NCBI GenBank assembly: GCA_049276775.1
Contig: JBASXC010000028.1
Source of the DNA: Rhodoluna sp.
Lineage (GTDB): Bacteria; Actinomycetota; Actinomycetes; Actinomycetales; Microbacteriaceae
Strand: one strand, 5' to 3'
DNA length: 64,000 nt
A program made the position numbers and the translations under genes. This document shows, piece after piece, positions 9,619 through 21,596 of this stretch. The notes beneath the pieces are model-generated. The model was given only the letters and a program-made list of their open reading frames with translations. It was not told where the DNA came from and ran no database searches. The number at the start of each line of letters is the position of its first letter. Within the stretch, counting starts at the first letter, position 1.

Positions 9619-10527
9619 TTAGTCCTCGTCGCCTGAGGTGGACAGGGCATCTGCTCCACCGACGATTTCGGAAATCTGCTGGGTAATTTCGGACTGACGT
9701 GCCTGGTTGCTCAACTGGGTGTAGTTCAAGATCAGCTTCTGAGCGTTATCGGTTGCGCTCTTCATGGCCTTCTGGCGAGCTGCATGCTCGGAGGCCGCGG
9801 ACTGAAGCATGGCATTAAAAATTCGGCTTTCGATGTAGACCGGAAGCAGTGCGTCAAGCACCTTGTTGACATCCGGCTCAAACTCGTAAAGCGGGAAGAC
9901 CTCGGACTTCGAAGGTGGCTCAACTCCCTCGACCACCTCTAGTGGAAGTAGTCGAACAACCTCTGGAACCTGAGAAATCATCGAGACAAAGCGGTTGTAA
10001 ACCATGTGGATCTCGTCCACGCCGCCTTCTTTTGAGTCGGTGTTGAAATCAGCCAAGACGGCATCTGCGATTGCCTTAGCGGTATCAAACTCAGGAAGGT
10101 CGGTCCCACCAATCCACTGCTCGCGAGCTGTGCGACGACGGAAGTTGAAGTAGCCAACTGCCTTACGACCAACCAGGTAGTAAACAACGTCCTTGCCCTG
10201 GGATTTCAGCAAAGTGGTGAGCTGTTCAACTTCCTTTAGGACGTTCGAGGAAAATGCTCCTGCCAGACCGCGGTCTGAGGTGAAGATAACGATCGCTGCG
10301 CGATCGATGGTCTCTGGCTCGGTGGTTAGCGGGTGATCGATGTTTGAGTAAGTAGCAACAGCTGACACTGCGCGGGTGACGGCTCTTGAGTAAGGAGTAG
10401 AGGCTGCAACGCGCTGCTGCGCCTTGTAGATACGGGATGCTGAAATCAACTCCATGGCGCGTGTGATTTTCTTCGTGGTCTGTGCCGACTTAATCTTTTG
10501 ACGGTAGACCCTTAGCTGTGCTCCCAT
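9619..10527 (-). CDS. atpG: F0F1 ATP synthase subunit gamma.
   Basis: Position in the operon, N-terminal [22 protein letters not shown], and C-terminal [15 protein letters not shown]. Confidence 0.95.
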   Translation of the reverse strand: MGAQLRVYRQKIKSAQTTKKITRAMELISASRIYKAQQRVAASTPYSRAVTRAVSAVATYSNIDHPLTTEPETIDRAAIVIFTSDRGLAGAFSSNVLKEVEQLTTLLKSQGKDVVYYLVGRKAVGYFNFRRRTAREQWIGGTDLPEFDTAKAIADAVLADFNTDSKEGGVDEIHMVYNRFVSMISQVPEVVRLLPLEVVEGVEPPSKSEVFPLYEFEPDVNKVLDALLPVYIESRIFNAMLQSAASEHAARQKAMKSATDNAQKLILNYTQLSNQARQSEITQQISEIVGGADALSTSGDED

Positions 10528-10569
10528 GTCCTACTCCTTCCTTCTTCCCTTTACCAAAAGCTGACGCGC

Positions 10570-12207
10570 TTAGCGCTTCTGCTTTACGATTTTTTCCTGG
10601 TTTACTTCTTCTTCGCCCATCGCAGGAACGGCTTCGTTGCCAACCGATGCCAGAGGAACACCCTGGCCGGTCTGGAAGCTCTTCTTGAACTTATCGATTG
10701 CGCCTTCTAGCTCGCGAACGGTGTCGTCCTCAAGGGTTCCGGTTTCGCGGATAGTCTCTAGAGCCTTACTGTTGCGCTTTAGGTAGTCCAAGAACTCAGA
10801 CTCGAAGCGAAGAACATCTTCAACTGGAACCTCATCAAGCTTGCCAGAGGTACCTGCCCAGATCGAAACGGTCTGGTCTTCAACCGGGTACGGAGAGTAC
10901 TGGGGCTGCTTCAGAAGCTCCATCAGTCTCGCTCCACGAGCCAGCTGCTGTCGAGACGCGGCATCAAGGTCAGATGCGAACATCGCAAATGCCTCTAGTG
11001 AGCGGTACTGCGCCAGCTCCAGCTTCAGAGTTCCAGAAACCTTCTTGATTCCCTTCACCTGAGCTGCACCTCCAACTCGAGAAACCGAGATTCCAACGTC
11101 AATAGCTGGTCGCTGGTTGGCGTTGAAGAGGTCAGACTGCAAGAAGATCTGTCCGTCGGTGATCGAGATCACGTTGGTTGGAATGTATGCAGAAACGTCG
11201 TTCGCCTTGGTTTCGATGATTGGTAGTCCAGTCATAGAACCGGCACCGAGCTCGTCGTTTAGCTTCGCGCAACGCTCAAGCAAACGGGAGTGTAGGTAGA
11301 AAACATCTCCAGGATATGCCTCGCGGCCCGGTGGGCGACGAAGAAGAAGGGATACCGCACGGTATGCCTCAGCCTGCTTGGAAAGGTCATCAAAGATGAT
11401 CAGAACGTGCTTGCCACCGTACATCCAGTGCTGCCCGATTGCGCTACCGGTGTAAGGAGCTAGGTACTTAAATCCCGCTGGGTCTGATGCTGGGGAAGCC
11501 ACGATGGTCGTGTACTCCATCGCGCCGGCCTCTTCCAAGGCGGCCTTCACACCGGCAATGGTTGAACCCTTTTGTCCAATAGCAACATAGACGCAGCGGA
11601 CCTGCTTGTTGGCGTCTCCGGTTGCCCAGTTGGCCTTCTGGTTAATAATCGTGTCAATCGCAATTGCGGTCTTACCGGTCTGGCGGTCACCAATGATCAG
11701 CTGACGCTGTCCGCGACCAACTGGAATCATGGCGTCAATTGCCTTGATGCCGGTCTGAAGTGGCTCATGAACTGACTTTCTGGCCATTACGCCGGGAGCC
11801 TGAAGTTCAAGTGCTCGACGAGCTTCGGCCTTGATCTCACCCTGGCCATCGATTGGGTTTCCCAGAGGGTCGACAACGCGGCCTAGGAAATTATCCCCAA
11901 CCGGAACAGACAGTACCTCGCCGGTGCGCTGCACTTCCATACCCTCTTCGATGCCCTCGAAGTTTCCTAGAACAACGGTACCAATCTCACGCTCGTCAAG
12001 GTTTAGAGCAAGACCAAGCGTTCCGTCAGCGAACTTCAGTAGCTCGTTGGCCATCGCGCTCGGAAGACCTTCAACGTGCGCAATACCGTCACCGGCGTCG
12101 ATTACGTGGCCCACCTCATTTCGCGAGGACTTGTCTGACTCATAAGAGTTCACGAATCCCTTCAGGGCGTCGCGAATCTCGTCTGGGCTGATTTTCAGAT
12201 CTGCCAT
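10570..12207 (-). CDS. atpA: F0F1 ATP synthase subunit alpha.
   Basis: Walker A GDRQTGKT and overall alpha-subunit sequence. Confidence 0.97.
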   Translation of the reverse strand: MADLKISPDEIRDALKGFVNSYESDKSSRNEVGHVIDAGDGIAHVEGLPSAMANELLKFADGTLGLALNLDEREIGTVVLGNFEGIEEGMEVQRTGEVLSVPVGDNFLGRVVDPLGNPIDGQGEIKAEARRALELQAPGVMARKSVHEPLQTGIKAIDAMIPVGRGQRQLIIGDRQTGKTAIAIDTIINQKANWATGDANKQVRCVYVAIGQKGSTIAGVKAALEEAGAMEYTTIVASPASDPAGFKYLAPYTGSAIGQHWMYGGKHVLIIFDDLSKQAEAYRAVSLLLRRPPGREAYPGDVFYLHSRLLERCAKLNDELGAGSMTGLPIIETKANDVSAYIPTNVISITDGQIFLQSDLFNANQRPAIDVGISVSRVGGAAQVKGIKKVSGTLKLELAQYRSLEAFAMFASDLDAASRQQLARGARLMELLKQPQYSPYPVEDQTVSIWAGTSGKLDEVPVEDVLRFESEFLDYLKRNSKALETIRETGTLEDDTVRELEGAIDKFKKSFQTGQGVPLASVGNEAVPAMGEEEVNQEKIVKQKR

Positions 12208-12251
12208 GTGCTTCCTCTACTTCTGGGGCGAACCCCGTATTAGATGTTGGC

Positions 12252-13055
12252 CTAAGCCAGCATCATCCTTGCCTGCTTGAGACGGTTAGCAACGCTACCG
12301 TCAATAATCTCTCCAGCGATCTGTACCTTCATGCCACCGAGGATTGCTGGGTCTACCTCGATGTTCATTCTTAGTGCGTGCCCGTGAGTTTTGGTTAGTG
12401 CAGATTCCAAATCGGCTCTTTGAGTATCGCTCAGCGCAGTAGCAACCGTTACATTGGCAACCAACCGCTCTGCGTAGGCCGCGAGTAGTTTGCCAAACTG
12501 CTCCAGAACAACCGCTAGGCGGCGCTTGGTCGAACCAACCACCGCGAACCGAATCAATAACCCTGCTTCAGGTCCGAACTTGCTGCCCAGAAGATTGTTC
12601 ACAAGAACTAACTTCTGGTCGCTCGATGCCTGCCTCGAGGCAAGAGCAATCTGCAACTCCTGGTCTGAATCAACTACCTGTCGGAAACTAAATAGCTCAG
12701 CTTCAAGAGCCTCAAGCTTGTTCGACTTCGCTGCGATTGCTGCAACCGAGTGAACCGCTAGCTGCTCAAGGGCACGAACTAGATCCTGGCCACTAGACCA
12801 GCGAAGATCAACTAGCTTTGCGACAAAGTCGACACTCTTTGAAGATACGCTCTTACCAAAAACGGCTGCCAAGGCGGCCTTTTTTCTAGCAATCTCGGCG
12901 GAAGGGTCCGAGAGAATGTTGCGCAATTGCTTAGAGTCAGACACTGCCGAACCGATTGCGAATAGTTCCTCCGCAAACTTTAGTTCGGCGTCTTGTAGCA
13001 GTGGCGTGATGATTTGCTTAGCCTCTGCTACCGCTTGTCTAGTTGAGCTGGACAT
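12252..13055 (-). CDS. atpH: F0F1 ATP synthase subunit delta.
   Basis: Position between atpF and atpA; OSCP-like C-terminus GGMKVQIAGEIIDGSVANRLKQ. Confidence 0.9.
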   Translation of the reverse strand: MSSSTRQAVAEAKQIITPLLQDAELKFAEELFAIGSAVSDSKQLRNILSDPSAEIARKKAALAAVFGKSVSSKSVDFVAKLVDLRWSSGQDLVRALEQLAVHSVAAIAAKSNKLEALEAELFSFRQVVDSDQELQIALASRQASSDQKLVLVNNLLGSKFGPEAGLLIRFAVVGSTKRRLAVVLEQFGKLLAAYAERLVANVTVATALSDTQRADLESALTKTHGHALRMNIEVDPAILGGMKVQIAGEIIDGSVANRLKQARMMLA

Positions 13056-13060
13056 GATCT

Positions 13061-13609
13061 TTAGTTGCCTGCCTTCGAAGACTCGATATCTTTCAAGAAG
13101 TCGTCAACAACCTTGGCGGCTGTTGCGCTGTCCTTCAAGCTCTCGCTAACCACCTTGGAGGCTAGATCGATTGCCATAGAACCGACTTCGGCGCGCAAGG
13201 AAATAAGTGCTGCCTGCCTTTCAGCCTCAATCTGCACTTTCGCAGTTTGGGTGATGCGAGCGGCCTCGGCCTGAGCTTGCTCTTTCAATTCGGCAAGAAT
13301 TGCTGCGCCTTCGGCGCGTGCCTCTTCACGAATTGCGCTTGCCTCGGCGCGGTTATTTTCTTGAGCCTTTGAAATCTCATCTGTCTTAGCGGCTGCCTCA
13401 GCCTGAGCCTTTTCGGCAGCAGCTAGACGTCCCTCGATAGCTTCGGTCCGATCATCCAGGGTCTTTCTAAAACTAGGAAGAACCTTGAACCAAAAGAACG
13501 TGAGCAAAATCGCGAAAACGACCGACGACCAAAGGATGTCGTAGTCGGCTGGCAGGAGAGGGTTTTTAGCCTCTGTCTCTGCTGCAGCGACGATGATCCT
13601 TGTAATCAT
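13061..13609 (-). CDS. atpF: F0F1 ATP synthase subunit b.
   Basis: One N-terminal TM followed by a long A/E/K-rich helix; operon position. Confidence 0.9.
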   Translation of the reverse strand: MITRIIVAAAETEAKNPLLPADYDILWSSVVFAILLTFFWFKVLPSFRKTLDDRTEAIEGRLAAAEKAQAEAAAKTDEISKAQENNRAEASAIREEARAEGAAILAELKEQAQAEAARITQTAKVQIEAERQAALISLRAEVGSMAIDLASKVVSESLKDSATAAKVVDDFLKDIESSKAGN

Positions 13610-13628
13610 TTTTTAGTCCTGACTTGAT

Positions 13629-14731
<1,103 letters not shown>

Positions 14732-14839
14732 AGCGTTATCTAGCAGGGCTGGCTCCTGTTTCGGGGCGTTTTATCGCGGCGATTTACAGTGTCAATGCCC
14801 CATACGTTGCGGCATCTTGAAAAGCTTATCAACAAAAAA

Positions 14840-15250
14840 CTAGCCCTCGACCACGGGGATCCTGGCCGAAAGTACAGCAATACTGTCCACAACCAGAGAC
14901 CCTAATATTGCCGCCACCAGGGTCAAGAACAGCACCGGACCATTTACAAAATCGGCCCCCTGAAGCGCTCTTGCCAGTAGGGCAAATCCGATTAGCTTTA
15001 CAAGCCAGCCCCCCATCACAACGGCAAAAAAGCCAGACAGCGAGAGCTTTCTACCCACCAGCATGCTGATAACCGTGAGGGCCCCGAAAGCGAACGCCAA
15101 AGCAGAACCTATCAGCGCACTCACCACTCCATTAGCACCTTCAACGAAATAACCACCAAGAGAACCGAGGGTTGCTATCAGGCCAGTGAGGAGAAATGTC
15201 TGAGCCAAGACTTTCTTGAAAAGCTGATCGACATTGGTGGATGGTTTCAT
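14840..15250 (-). CDS. Small 4-TM membrane protein upstream of atpB (AtpI-like, or the Rv1303-type conserved actinobacterial protein).
   Basis: Hydrophobic 136-aa ORF in the conserved position between wecA and atpB. Its start overlaps the wecA stop (ATGA). Confidence 0.6.
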   Translation of the reverse strand: MKPSTNVDQLFKKVLAQTFLLTGLIATLGSLGGYFVEGANGVVSALIGSALAFAFGALTVISMLVGRKLSLSGFFAVVMGGWLVKLIGFALLARALQGADFVNGPVLFLTLVAAILGSLVVDSIAVLSARIPVVEG

Positions 15251-16356
15251 TTTGAGTTTGCTCTCTTTCTTCGCCGTTCAATAACTGGCCAAACCGTGTA
15301 GACCAAAACCGGGATTGCCACGAGGGCGGCGAGGGCAAACACTGTGCCTTCTGATAGGAACAACAGCGCCAGCGCACTCAAAGAGATGACCGTTGTCCAA
15401 AGATAAAAAACCATAACCGAACCGATATGACTGTGTCCAAAATCCTGAAGCTTGTGATGAATGTGCTTTCGGTCTGCGGCGAAAGGCGACTTTCCAGCTC
15501 TGATTCTTCGAAGTACCGCCAGAGTAAGGTCAAGAAGAGGCAAGAGCAAAATGGCAAGTGGCAATACGAGCGGCAATAGAGCCGGCGCCAGTAATTCGCT
15601 AGAAACCGCCGCAGGGTCAACCTGGCCGGTAACTGCCAGTGCTGAAGTTGCCATTAGCAGCCCCAGCAACATCGCTCCGCTATCACCCATAAAGATTTTG
15701 GCTTTGTGCCAGTTCAGCGGCAAGAATCCCGCTGTGACACCTATCACAATTGCGGAAATCAGTGAAGCTAAATTGAAGTAGTTTGTCGGAGAGGTCTGCT
15801 GAACCAATAGGTATGTGTAGAGGAAGAACACGCCGGTTCCAATTAGGACTACGCCTGCAACCAGACCGTCAAGACCATCGATGAAGTTCACTGCATTCAT
15901 AACCAGTACGGTGATGAAGATTGTGACCACAATAGAGACCCCATAACTACCAATCACCAAGCCACCAATGGGTAGGGAAACAATCTGGACTCCCTGCCAG
16001 GCCAAAATCCCAGCAGCCATGAATTGACCTGCCAACTTGATAGTCCAGTCCAAATCCAGAATGTCGTCCAAAACTCCGATTACGGCAATCAGGGTTGCAG
16101 CAGCCGCGATGGCCAGGATGTGGATTGGGTCATCAAATACCGAACGGAACCAACCCAAAGACGCCGCCACAGCGAGTGAGACCAAAAAGCCCACCAGCAT
16201 GGCCAACCCACCGATTCTCGGAGTCGGATCGGTATGAACATCCCTCTCTCTTATCTCAGGCATTATCGAATGCTTACGGCTAAGCCGAAGAGTCAGATAG
16301 GTCGCGGTAAAAGTCACAACGGCGGCAACCGCCATGATCAACAGATAAGCTCTCAC
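15247..16356 (-). CDS. wecA: MraY/WecA-family UDP-GlcNAc:undecaprenyl-phosphate GlcNAc-1-phosphate transferase.
   Basis: Polytopic protein with DDILDLD, NAVNFIDGLDGL, and MGDSGAMLLG motifs; conserved position upstream of the atp operon. Confidence 0.85.
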   Translation of the reverse strand: MRAYLLIMAVAAVVTFTATYLTLRLSRKHSIMPEIRERDVHTDPTPRIGGLAMLVGFLVSLAVAASLGWFRSVFDDPIHILAIAAAATLIAVIGVLDDILDLDWTIKLAGQFMAAGILAWQGVQIVSLPIGGLVIGSYGVSIVVTIFITVLVMNAVNFIDGLDGLVAGVVLIGTGVFFLYTYLLVQQTSPTNYFNLASLISAIVIGVTAGFLPLNWHKAKIFMGDSGAMLLGLLMATSALAVTGQVDPAAVSSELLAPALLPLVLPLAILLLPLLDLTLAVLRRIRAGKSPFAADRKHIHHKLQDFGHSHIGSVMVFYLWTTVISLSALALLFLSEGTVFALAALVAIPVLVYTVWPVIERRRKRANSK

Positions 16357-16359
16357 GAC

Positions 16360-17046
16360 TTAAGCCTCTAGAAAATCGCCCAGCACCGTAGCAAGCTTTT
16401 TCTCGCTTAGTGCTCCGCGCCTAACTATTTTTGCCTTGCCGGTTGTAACCATCTCTCCCTCGTCAGAGAGTGTGTCCATCAGATCCGTCATGTCAATAAT
16501 CGTTGAGGCCTCTCCCTTTGGGCTGGCCCCACCATCCAGATAAACCTTAACTTTGCTGCCAAGATATTTCTCCGCTTGCTGGCAAGTTGTTGCAGCAGGC
16601 TCACCGGTCAGGTTTGCACTTGAAACAGCAAGAGGTCCAGTTTCTTGCAACAGAGCAAGAGCAATCTTGTGATCGGGCATTCGAAGAGCAACGGTTCCTT
16701 TGGTTTCTCCTAAGTCCCAAGTCAGCGAAGGCTGAGCCTTCAAAATAATCGTAAGGGCACCTGGCCAAAAGGTTTCTGCGAGCTTATGAGCTAACTGCGG
16801 CACGTCCTGAGCCAAGCCCTCTAGAGCGGACGTGTTTCCAATTAGCACAGGCGGTGGCGATTGCCTGTCGCGGCCCTTGGCTTCAAGAAGCTTCTTGACT
16901 CCCTCGTGCGAGAAAGCGTCAGCAGCCAAACCGTAAACGGTGTCAGTTGGAAAAACTGCTAGTTCCTTGCGACCGAGTGAAACTTTGGCCAGTCTCATGC
17001 CGGTTAGTAAATCGGTGTCAAGGGAACAGTCGTAAATACGCTCCAC
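16360..17046 (-). CDS. tsaC: L-threonylcarbamoyladenylate synthase (Sua5/YwlC/TsaC family).
   Basis: FPTDTVYGLAADA, WPGALTIIL, and SSANLTGEP motifs. Confidence 0.85.
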   Translation of the reverse strand: MERIYDCSLDTDLLTGMRLAKVSLGRKELAVFPTDTVYGLAADAFSHEGVKKLLEAKGRDRQSPPPVLIGNTSALEGLAQDVPQLAHKLAETFWPGALTIILKAQPSLTWDLGETKGTVALRMPDHKIALALLQETGPLAVSSANLTGEPAATTCQQAEKYLGSKVKVYLDGGASPKGEASTIIDMTDLMDTLSDEGEMVTTGKAKIVRRGALSEKKLATVLGDFLEA

Positions 17047-17074
17047 CTAAACACCGCCTTTTTTTCTTACGCCG

Positions 17075-17926
17075 CTAGGGCTTTAGTGCTGAGATCATCC
17101 GGTCTTTGCCGGCCAGGTCTTGACTCGAAGTCACTTCCAACCAGCCTTGGCTTAATAGTAGTTCACCGATTGCACGGGCCTGAGAGTCGGCATGTTCTAG
17201 CAGTAGGAGGCCAGAGGGCTTTAGTAAATACAGGGCTCTGGATGAAATCTTTCGAATAACATCCAGGCCGTCTTTCCCGCCGTACAGAGCCAGGCTGGGT
17301 TCGTGCAGCTGAACTTCGAGGTCAACCGGAACCGCCGAATCCGGAATGTAGGGCGGATTGGAAATTACCAAATCTACTTTTGCCTCTAATTCATCAAAAG
17401 CGTCAGCAAGATCTTCATTCCTGGCACTTTTTGAATCCAGACCATATTTTTGATAGTTGCGCTCTAGAAAACCAAAAGCTTGCTCAGAAAGCTCAACCGA
17501 GTAAACCTCAGCCGCTACTAGCTCGGTGGCAAGGGATATCGCGATTGCACCGCTACCTGAGCAAAGATCTACGACTACTGGATTTGTGTTTTCCTTGATC
17601 TTTTCTATCGCCAGCTCAACTAGTTGCTCGGTTTCGGGTCGAGGAGTAAAAACTCCGGGTCCAACGTAAAGCTCCAAGTGCCTAAAGGGAGCCAGGCCCG
17701 TTATGTGCTGTAGCGGTTCGCGCTTTACTCGCCTTGAAAGCGCAGCCTCAAATTTGCCAATTTTGTCTTCCGGAAATGTTTCATCGCCAATTAAAAGCAT
17801 CGTTAGCTCGGATCTTTGAACCCCAAGGATAAAACAACCCAGTAGCTCGGCGTCAACACTGGGAGATGTGACACCAGCTGAAACCAGTTTTTCGGTTGCA
17901 CTTTTCAGAGCTTCCGAGATAAGCAA
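17075..17926 (-). CDS. prmC: Release-factor glutamine N5-methyltransferase.
   Basis: SAM motif VVDLCSGSGAI and the catalytic NPPY (ISNPPYIP). It follows prfA. Confidence 0.9.
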   Translation of the reverse strand: MLISEALKSATEKLVSAGVTSPSVDAELLGCFILGVQRSELTMLLIGDETFPEDKIGKFEAALSRRVKREPLQHITGLAPFRHLELYVGPGVFTPRPETEQLVELAIEKIKENTNPVVVDLCSGSGAIAISLATELVAAEVYSVELSEQAFGFLERNYQKYGLDSKSARNEDLADAFDELEAKVDLVISNPPYIPDSAVPVDLEVQLHEPSLALYGGKDGLDVIRKISSRALYLLKPSGLLLLEHADSQARAIGELLLSQGWLEVTSSQDLAGKDRMISALKP

Positions 17927-17927
17927 A

Positions 17928-19004
17928 TTACTTATCCCCTAGCGCTGCCAGTCTGGCCTCTTCGTCGGTCTGAATCGCGCTCTGGATAACTGGCTCCAAG
18001 GCCCCATCCATGACCTGGTCCAAGTTATAAGACTTGTATCCAGTACGGTGATCTGCAATTCGGTTCTCGGGAAAGTTGTAGGTTCGAATTCGCTCGGATC
18101 GGTCCACGCTGCGAACCTGCGATTTTCTCGCAGCCGACTGCTCAGCGTCAATCGCCTCCTGCTTAGCCGCAAGCAATCTTGCCCGAAGCACGCGCATAGC
18201 AGCTTCCCTGTTTTGCAGCTGAGACTTCTCGTTCTGCATCGAGACAACGATTCCGGTAGCAAGGTGTGTGATTCGAACTGCAGAGTCGGTGGTGTTAACG
18301 GACTGCCCACCTGGACCTGAAGAGCGGAACACGTCCACTCGGATCTCGTTGGGGCTAATCTCAACTTCTTCGGGCTCGTCAACCTCTGGAAACACTAATA
18401 CTCCAGCCGCCGAGGTGTGAATTCGACCTTGAGTTTCGGTGACTGGGACCCTCTGAACTCGGTGCACTCCACCCTCATACTTCAGGTGAGCCCAAACTCC
18501 TTCGGCTGGGTCATTGGAATTGCCTTTGATTGCAAGCTGGACATCTTTGTATCCACCGAGATCGGACTCGTTCTTGTCCAGGATTTCAGTCTTCCAACCC
18601 TTGGAGTTGGAGTACTGGATATACATCCGAAGAAGATCGGCTGCAAAGAGTGCCGACTCCGCACCACCTTCACCAGCTTTGATTTCCATAATGATGTCGC
18701 GACCGTCATCAGGGTCTCTTGGAATCAAGAGACGACGAAGCTTTTCTTGTGCCTCGGTGACTTTGATTTCAACGGCGGGAAGTTCCGAAGCAAAAGCCTC
18801 GTCTTCCTTGGCCAGTTCTTTGGTTGCGGCGAGATCGTCATTTAGCTCAACCAGCTGGTGGTATGCCGAAACAATCGCACTCACCTCCGCGTAGCGTCGG
18901 TTCAGCTTCTTGGCTAGGGCTGGATTCTGATGCACTGCTGCATCAGATAGTTGCTCCTGAAGCGAGGCATGCTCAGCCAGCAGGGGCTGGACTGAATCAA
19001 GCAT
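17928..19004 (-). CDS. prfA: Peptide chain release factor 1.
   Basis: PVT tripeptide ([14 protein letters not shown]) and GGQ ([10 protein letters not shown]). The start was set to ATG 19004 (MLDSVQPLL), which overlaps the rho stop by 1 nt (TAATG). The longer ORF-track version runs inside rho. Confidence 0.93.
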   Translation of the reverse strand: MLDSVQPLLAEHASLQEQLSDAAVHQNPALAKKLNRRYAEVSAIVSAYHQLVELNDDLAATKELAKEDEAFASELPAVEIKVTEAQEKLRRLLIPRDPDDGRDIIMEIKAGEGGAESALFAADLLRMYIQYSNSKGWKTEILDKNESDLGGYKDVQLAIKGNSNDPAEGVWAHLKYEGGVHRVQRVPVTETQGRIHTSAAGVLVFPEVDEPEEVEISPNEIRVDVFRSSGPGGQSVNTTDSAVRITHLATGIVVSMQNEKSQLQNREAAMRVLRARLLAAKQEAIDAEQSAARKSQVRSVDRSERIRTYNFPENRIADHRTGYKSYNLDQVMDGALEPVIQSAIQTDEEARLAALGDK

Positions 19005-20533
19005 TATTCCCCGTCGGACCCGGAAGGAACAGGCATGGACTTTTGAACCTGCATCAGGAATTCGACGTTGCTCGAGGTTTCCTTGAGTCTGTTCAGAACA
19101 AGCTCTAGAGCCTGCTGCTGCTCTAGACCTGCAAGAGCACGGCGAAGCTTCCAAATGATCTTGGTCTCGTCCGGGTTCATCAGCATCTCTTCGCGTCTGG
19201 TTCCAGATGCGTTTAGGTCAACGGCTGGGAAGATTCTCTTGTCTGCTAGTGACCTGGATAAGCGAAGCTCCATGTTTCCGGTTCCCTTGAACTCTTCGAA
19301 GATAACCTCGTCCATCTTGGAACCGGTTTCAACTAGAGCGGTAGCCAAAATTGTTAGAGATCCACCGTCCTCAATGTTTCGAGCCGCTCCAAAGAATCTC
19401 TTTGGCGGATAAAGTGCCGAAGCATCAACACCACCGGAAAGAACGCGACCCGATGCCGGAGAGCTCAAGTTGTAAGCGCGTCCAAGACGAGTAATCGAGT
19501 CAAGCAAAACTACGACGTCGTGGCCTAGCTCAACCAAACGCTTTGCGCGCTCAATGGCAAGCTCAGCAACGGTGGTGTGGTCTTCAGCTGGACGGTCAAA
19601 GGTGGAGGCGATGACCTCACCCTTTACGGTTCGCTGCATGTCGGTTACTTCTTCAGGGCGCTCGTCAACAAGAACAACCATCAAGTGAACCTCAGGGTTA
19701 TTTACGGCTATTGAGTTTGCAATTGCCTGGAGGATCAAAGTCTTACCTGCCTTTGGAGGCGCGACGATAAGACCTCGCTGGCCCTTACCGATTGGAGCAA
19801 CTAAGTCGATGATTCGAGTTGAAAGCTTGCCGGGCTCGGTCTCTAAACGCAGTCTGGTCTGAGGGTAAAGCGGGGTCAACTTATTAAAGTCCACTCGCTC
19901 AGTCGAGGCGTCCTGGTCTAGACCGTTCACCGAATCTACGCGAACTAGAGCGTTGAACTTCTGGCGTCCCTGTCCTTCGCCTTCACGAGGCTGACGGATA
20001 GCGCCAACTACGGCGTCACCCTTTCGAAGTCCATACTTCTTGACCTGACCGAGGGAAACGTAGACGTCGTTTGGTCCAGGCAAATAGCCGCTAGTCCGAA
20101 CAAAAGCGTAGTTATCAAGTACGTCAAGGATTCCAGCAACGCTGATTAGTACGTCATCTGGGGAAATCTCTGGTTCGGCTTCCTCGCGATCGTTACCTCC
20201 GCCACCGCCGCGTCTCCGATCACGATCACGGTCACGGTATCTGTTGCGGTTTCTTGAGTTTCGACCTCCGCCGCGGCGATCTTCATCGAAGTCGCGGCTT
20301 CTGCGGCGCTCTCCCGATTCTGAGCCTGAGCCCGAGTCCGAGGGTGCTTCGCTCGAAGGAGCGGATTCCCTAGGAGCCTTAGCTTCGCTTGATTCAGATT
20401 TCTCCTCAGCGGGTTTAGCGCTTCTGGTTCGAGTCTTCTTGGTTGCGGATTCCGCTACCTCTGCTGGAGCCGCTGTGTCGGCACCTGCTCTGCGGGATTT
20501 GCGTACCGGCTTAGTTTCTTGGACTTCATCCAT
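19004..20533 (-). CDS. rho: Transcription termination factor Rho with an N-terminal low-complexity R/G/D/S-rich region.
   Basis: OB-fold motif [17 protein letters not shown], Walker A APPKAGKT, and LVDERPEE. An in-frame TAA lies directly upstream of ATG 20533. Confidence 0.95.
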   Translation of the reverse strand: MDEVQETKPVRKSRRAGADTAAPAEVAESATKKTRTRSAKPAEEKSESSEAKAPRESAPSSEAPSDSGSGSESGERRRSRDFDEDRRGGGRNSRNRNRYRDRDRDRRRGGGGGNDREEAEPEISPDDVLISVAGILDVLDNYAFVRTSGYLPGPNDVYVSLGQVKKYGLRKGDAVVGAIRQPREGEGQGRQKFNALVRVDSVNGLDQDASTERVDFNKLTPLYPQTRLRLETEPGKLSTRIIDLVAPIGKGQRGLIVAPPKAGKTLILQAIANSIAVNNPEVHLMVVLVDERPEEVTDMQRTVKGEVIASTFDRPAEDHTTVAELAIERAKRLVELGHDVVVLLDSITRLGRAYNLSSPASGRVLSGGVDASALYPPKRFFGAARNIEDGGSLTILATALVETGSKMDEVIFEEFKGTGNMELRLSRSLADKRIFPAVDLNASGTRREEMLMNPDETKIIWKLRRALAGLEQQQALELVLNRLKETSSNVEFLMQVQKSMPVPSGSDGE

Positions 20534-20657
20534 TTATGTGATTGCTCTTTCTTGAGTGATTAGATAATCGATTTGAAAAATCTGATTACCGCCAACACGA
20601 TTTGAATCGCGTGGTATCGCAGTTATTTTCTGCGGGGATTGCACCTAGATTTGACGC

Positions 20658-21593
20658 TTACTTACCGTCTTGTTTTTGGTGTACCTCTAGCGTAGCACCT
20701 TTGTTGTCAACAGCCAACAGTAGCGGTTGCCACTGTGGATACTTCTTTTCCACTAATTCCTTGGCCAGAAGGCGCTGGGCTGGGTCACTTGCTAGCACCA
20801 GAACCGAGGGCCCGGCACCGGAAACCACGGCTGCGTGGCCATTTGACCGAAGTAACTGAATCAACTTATCGGTCTCCGGCATAGCTGAGGCTCGGTAGTT
20901 CTGGTGGAGTTTATCCTCGGTGGCAGCTAGCAGTAGCTCAGGAGATGAAACCATTGCCGCCACCAATAGCGCCGACCTTGAAACGTTAAAGACTGCGTCG
21001 GCGTGAGGAACAGACTCCGGCTGCATGGATCTGGCAAGCTCGGTAGACATTTTGGTACTGGGGACAAGTACCAAGGGTGATACCCCTCGGTGCACTGAAA
21101 GCTTCTTGGTGTGCGGGCCCTGATCGTCTTCCCAGGCAATACTCAATCCTCCGAATAAGGCCGGAGCAACGTTATCGGGATGATTCTCAAACTCAGTTGC
21201 CAGATCTAGCATCAACTTATCGCTTATCTCAACGACTCCCCGAAGTAATCCCTTTGCGGCCATAATTCCCGAAACCACCGCGGCTCCGGAAGAACCCAAA
21301 CCGCGTCCGTGAGGAATTCGGTTAACGGCGGAAAGCGAAAGACCTGGGGCTTGCTGCTTCACGCGCTTGAAAGTTTCAAGAATTGCCCGAACCACTAGGT
21401 GGTTCTCATCCAATGGGACCTGACCCTCTCCCTCACCGCTTACAGAAACTGAGATTTTCCCTTGCTTTTTTGCGGTGACCTCTAGGTCGTCGTAGTAGGC
21501 CAGGGCGATGCCGAGCGTGTCAAAGCCCGGTCCCAGGTTCGCAGATGTTGCGGGAACCCTTACCTTTACAACGGTGCCTTCAGCCACAGCCAT
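20658..21593 (-). CDS. thrB: Homoserine kinase.
   Basis: GHMP kinase motifs PATSANLGPGFD and GRGLGSSGAA. It follows thrC. Confidence 0.92.
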   Translation of the reverse strand: MAVAEGTVVKVRVPATSANLGPGFDTLGIALAYYDDLEVTAKKQGKISVSVSGEGEGQVPLDENHLVVRAILETFKRVKQQAPGLSLSAVNRIPHGRGLGSSGAAVVSGIMAAKGLLRGVVEISDKLMLDLATEFENHPDNVAPALFGGLSIAWEDDQGPHTKKLSVHRGVSPLVLVPSTKMSTELARSMQPESVPHADAVFNVSRSALLVAAMVSSPELLLAATEDKLHQNYRASAMPETDKLIQLLRSNGHAAVVSGAGPSVLVLASDPAQRLLAKELVEKKYPQWQPLLLAVDNKGATLEVHQKQDGK

Positions 21594-21596
21594 TTT

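Noticed and set aside
19005-19154. A 50-aa Cys/Arg-rich N-terminal extension of prfA given by the ORF track (start 19154).
   Set aside because: The extension lies entirely inside the rho coding region in another frame. The canonical RF1 N-terminus ([12 protein letters not shown]) begins at ATG 19004, exactly at the rho stop.
20160-20420. Repetitive-looking DNA (CGATCACGATCACGGTCACGG, GCCGCCACCGCC, GAGCCTGAGCCCGAGTCCGAG) that could suggest a tandem repeat or CRISPR-like array.
   Set aside because: It is the coding sequence for the RDRDRDR / GGGGG / SGSGSESG low-complexity region of Rho. There is no repeat-spacer periodicity.
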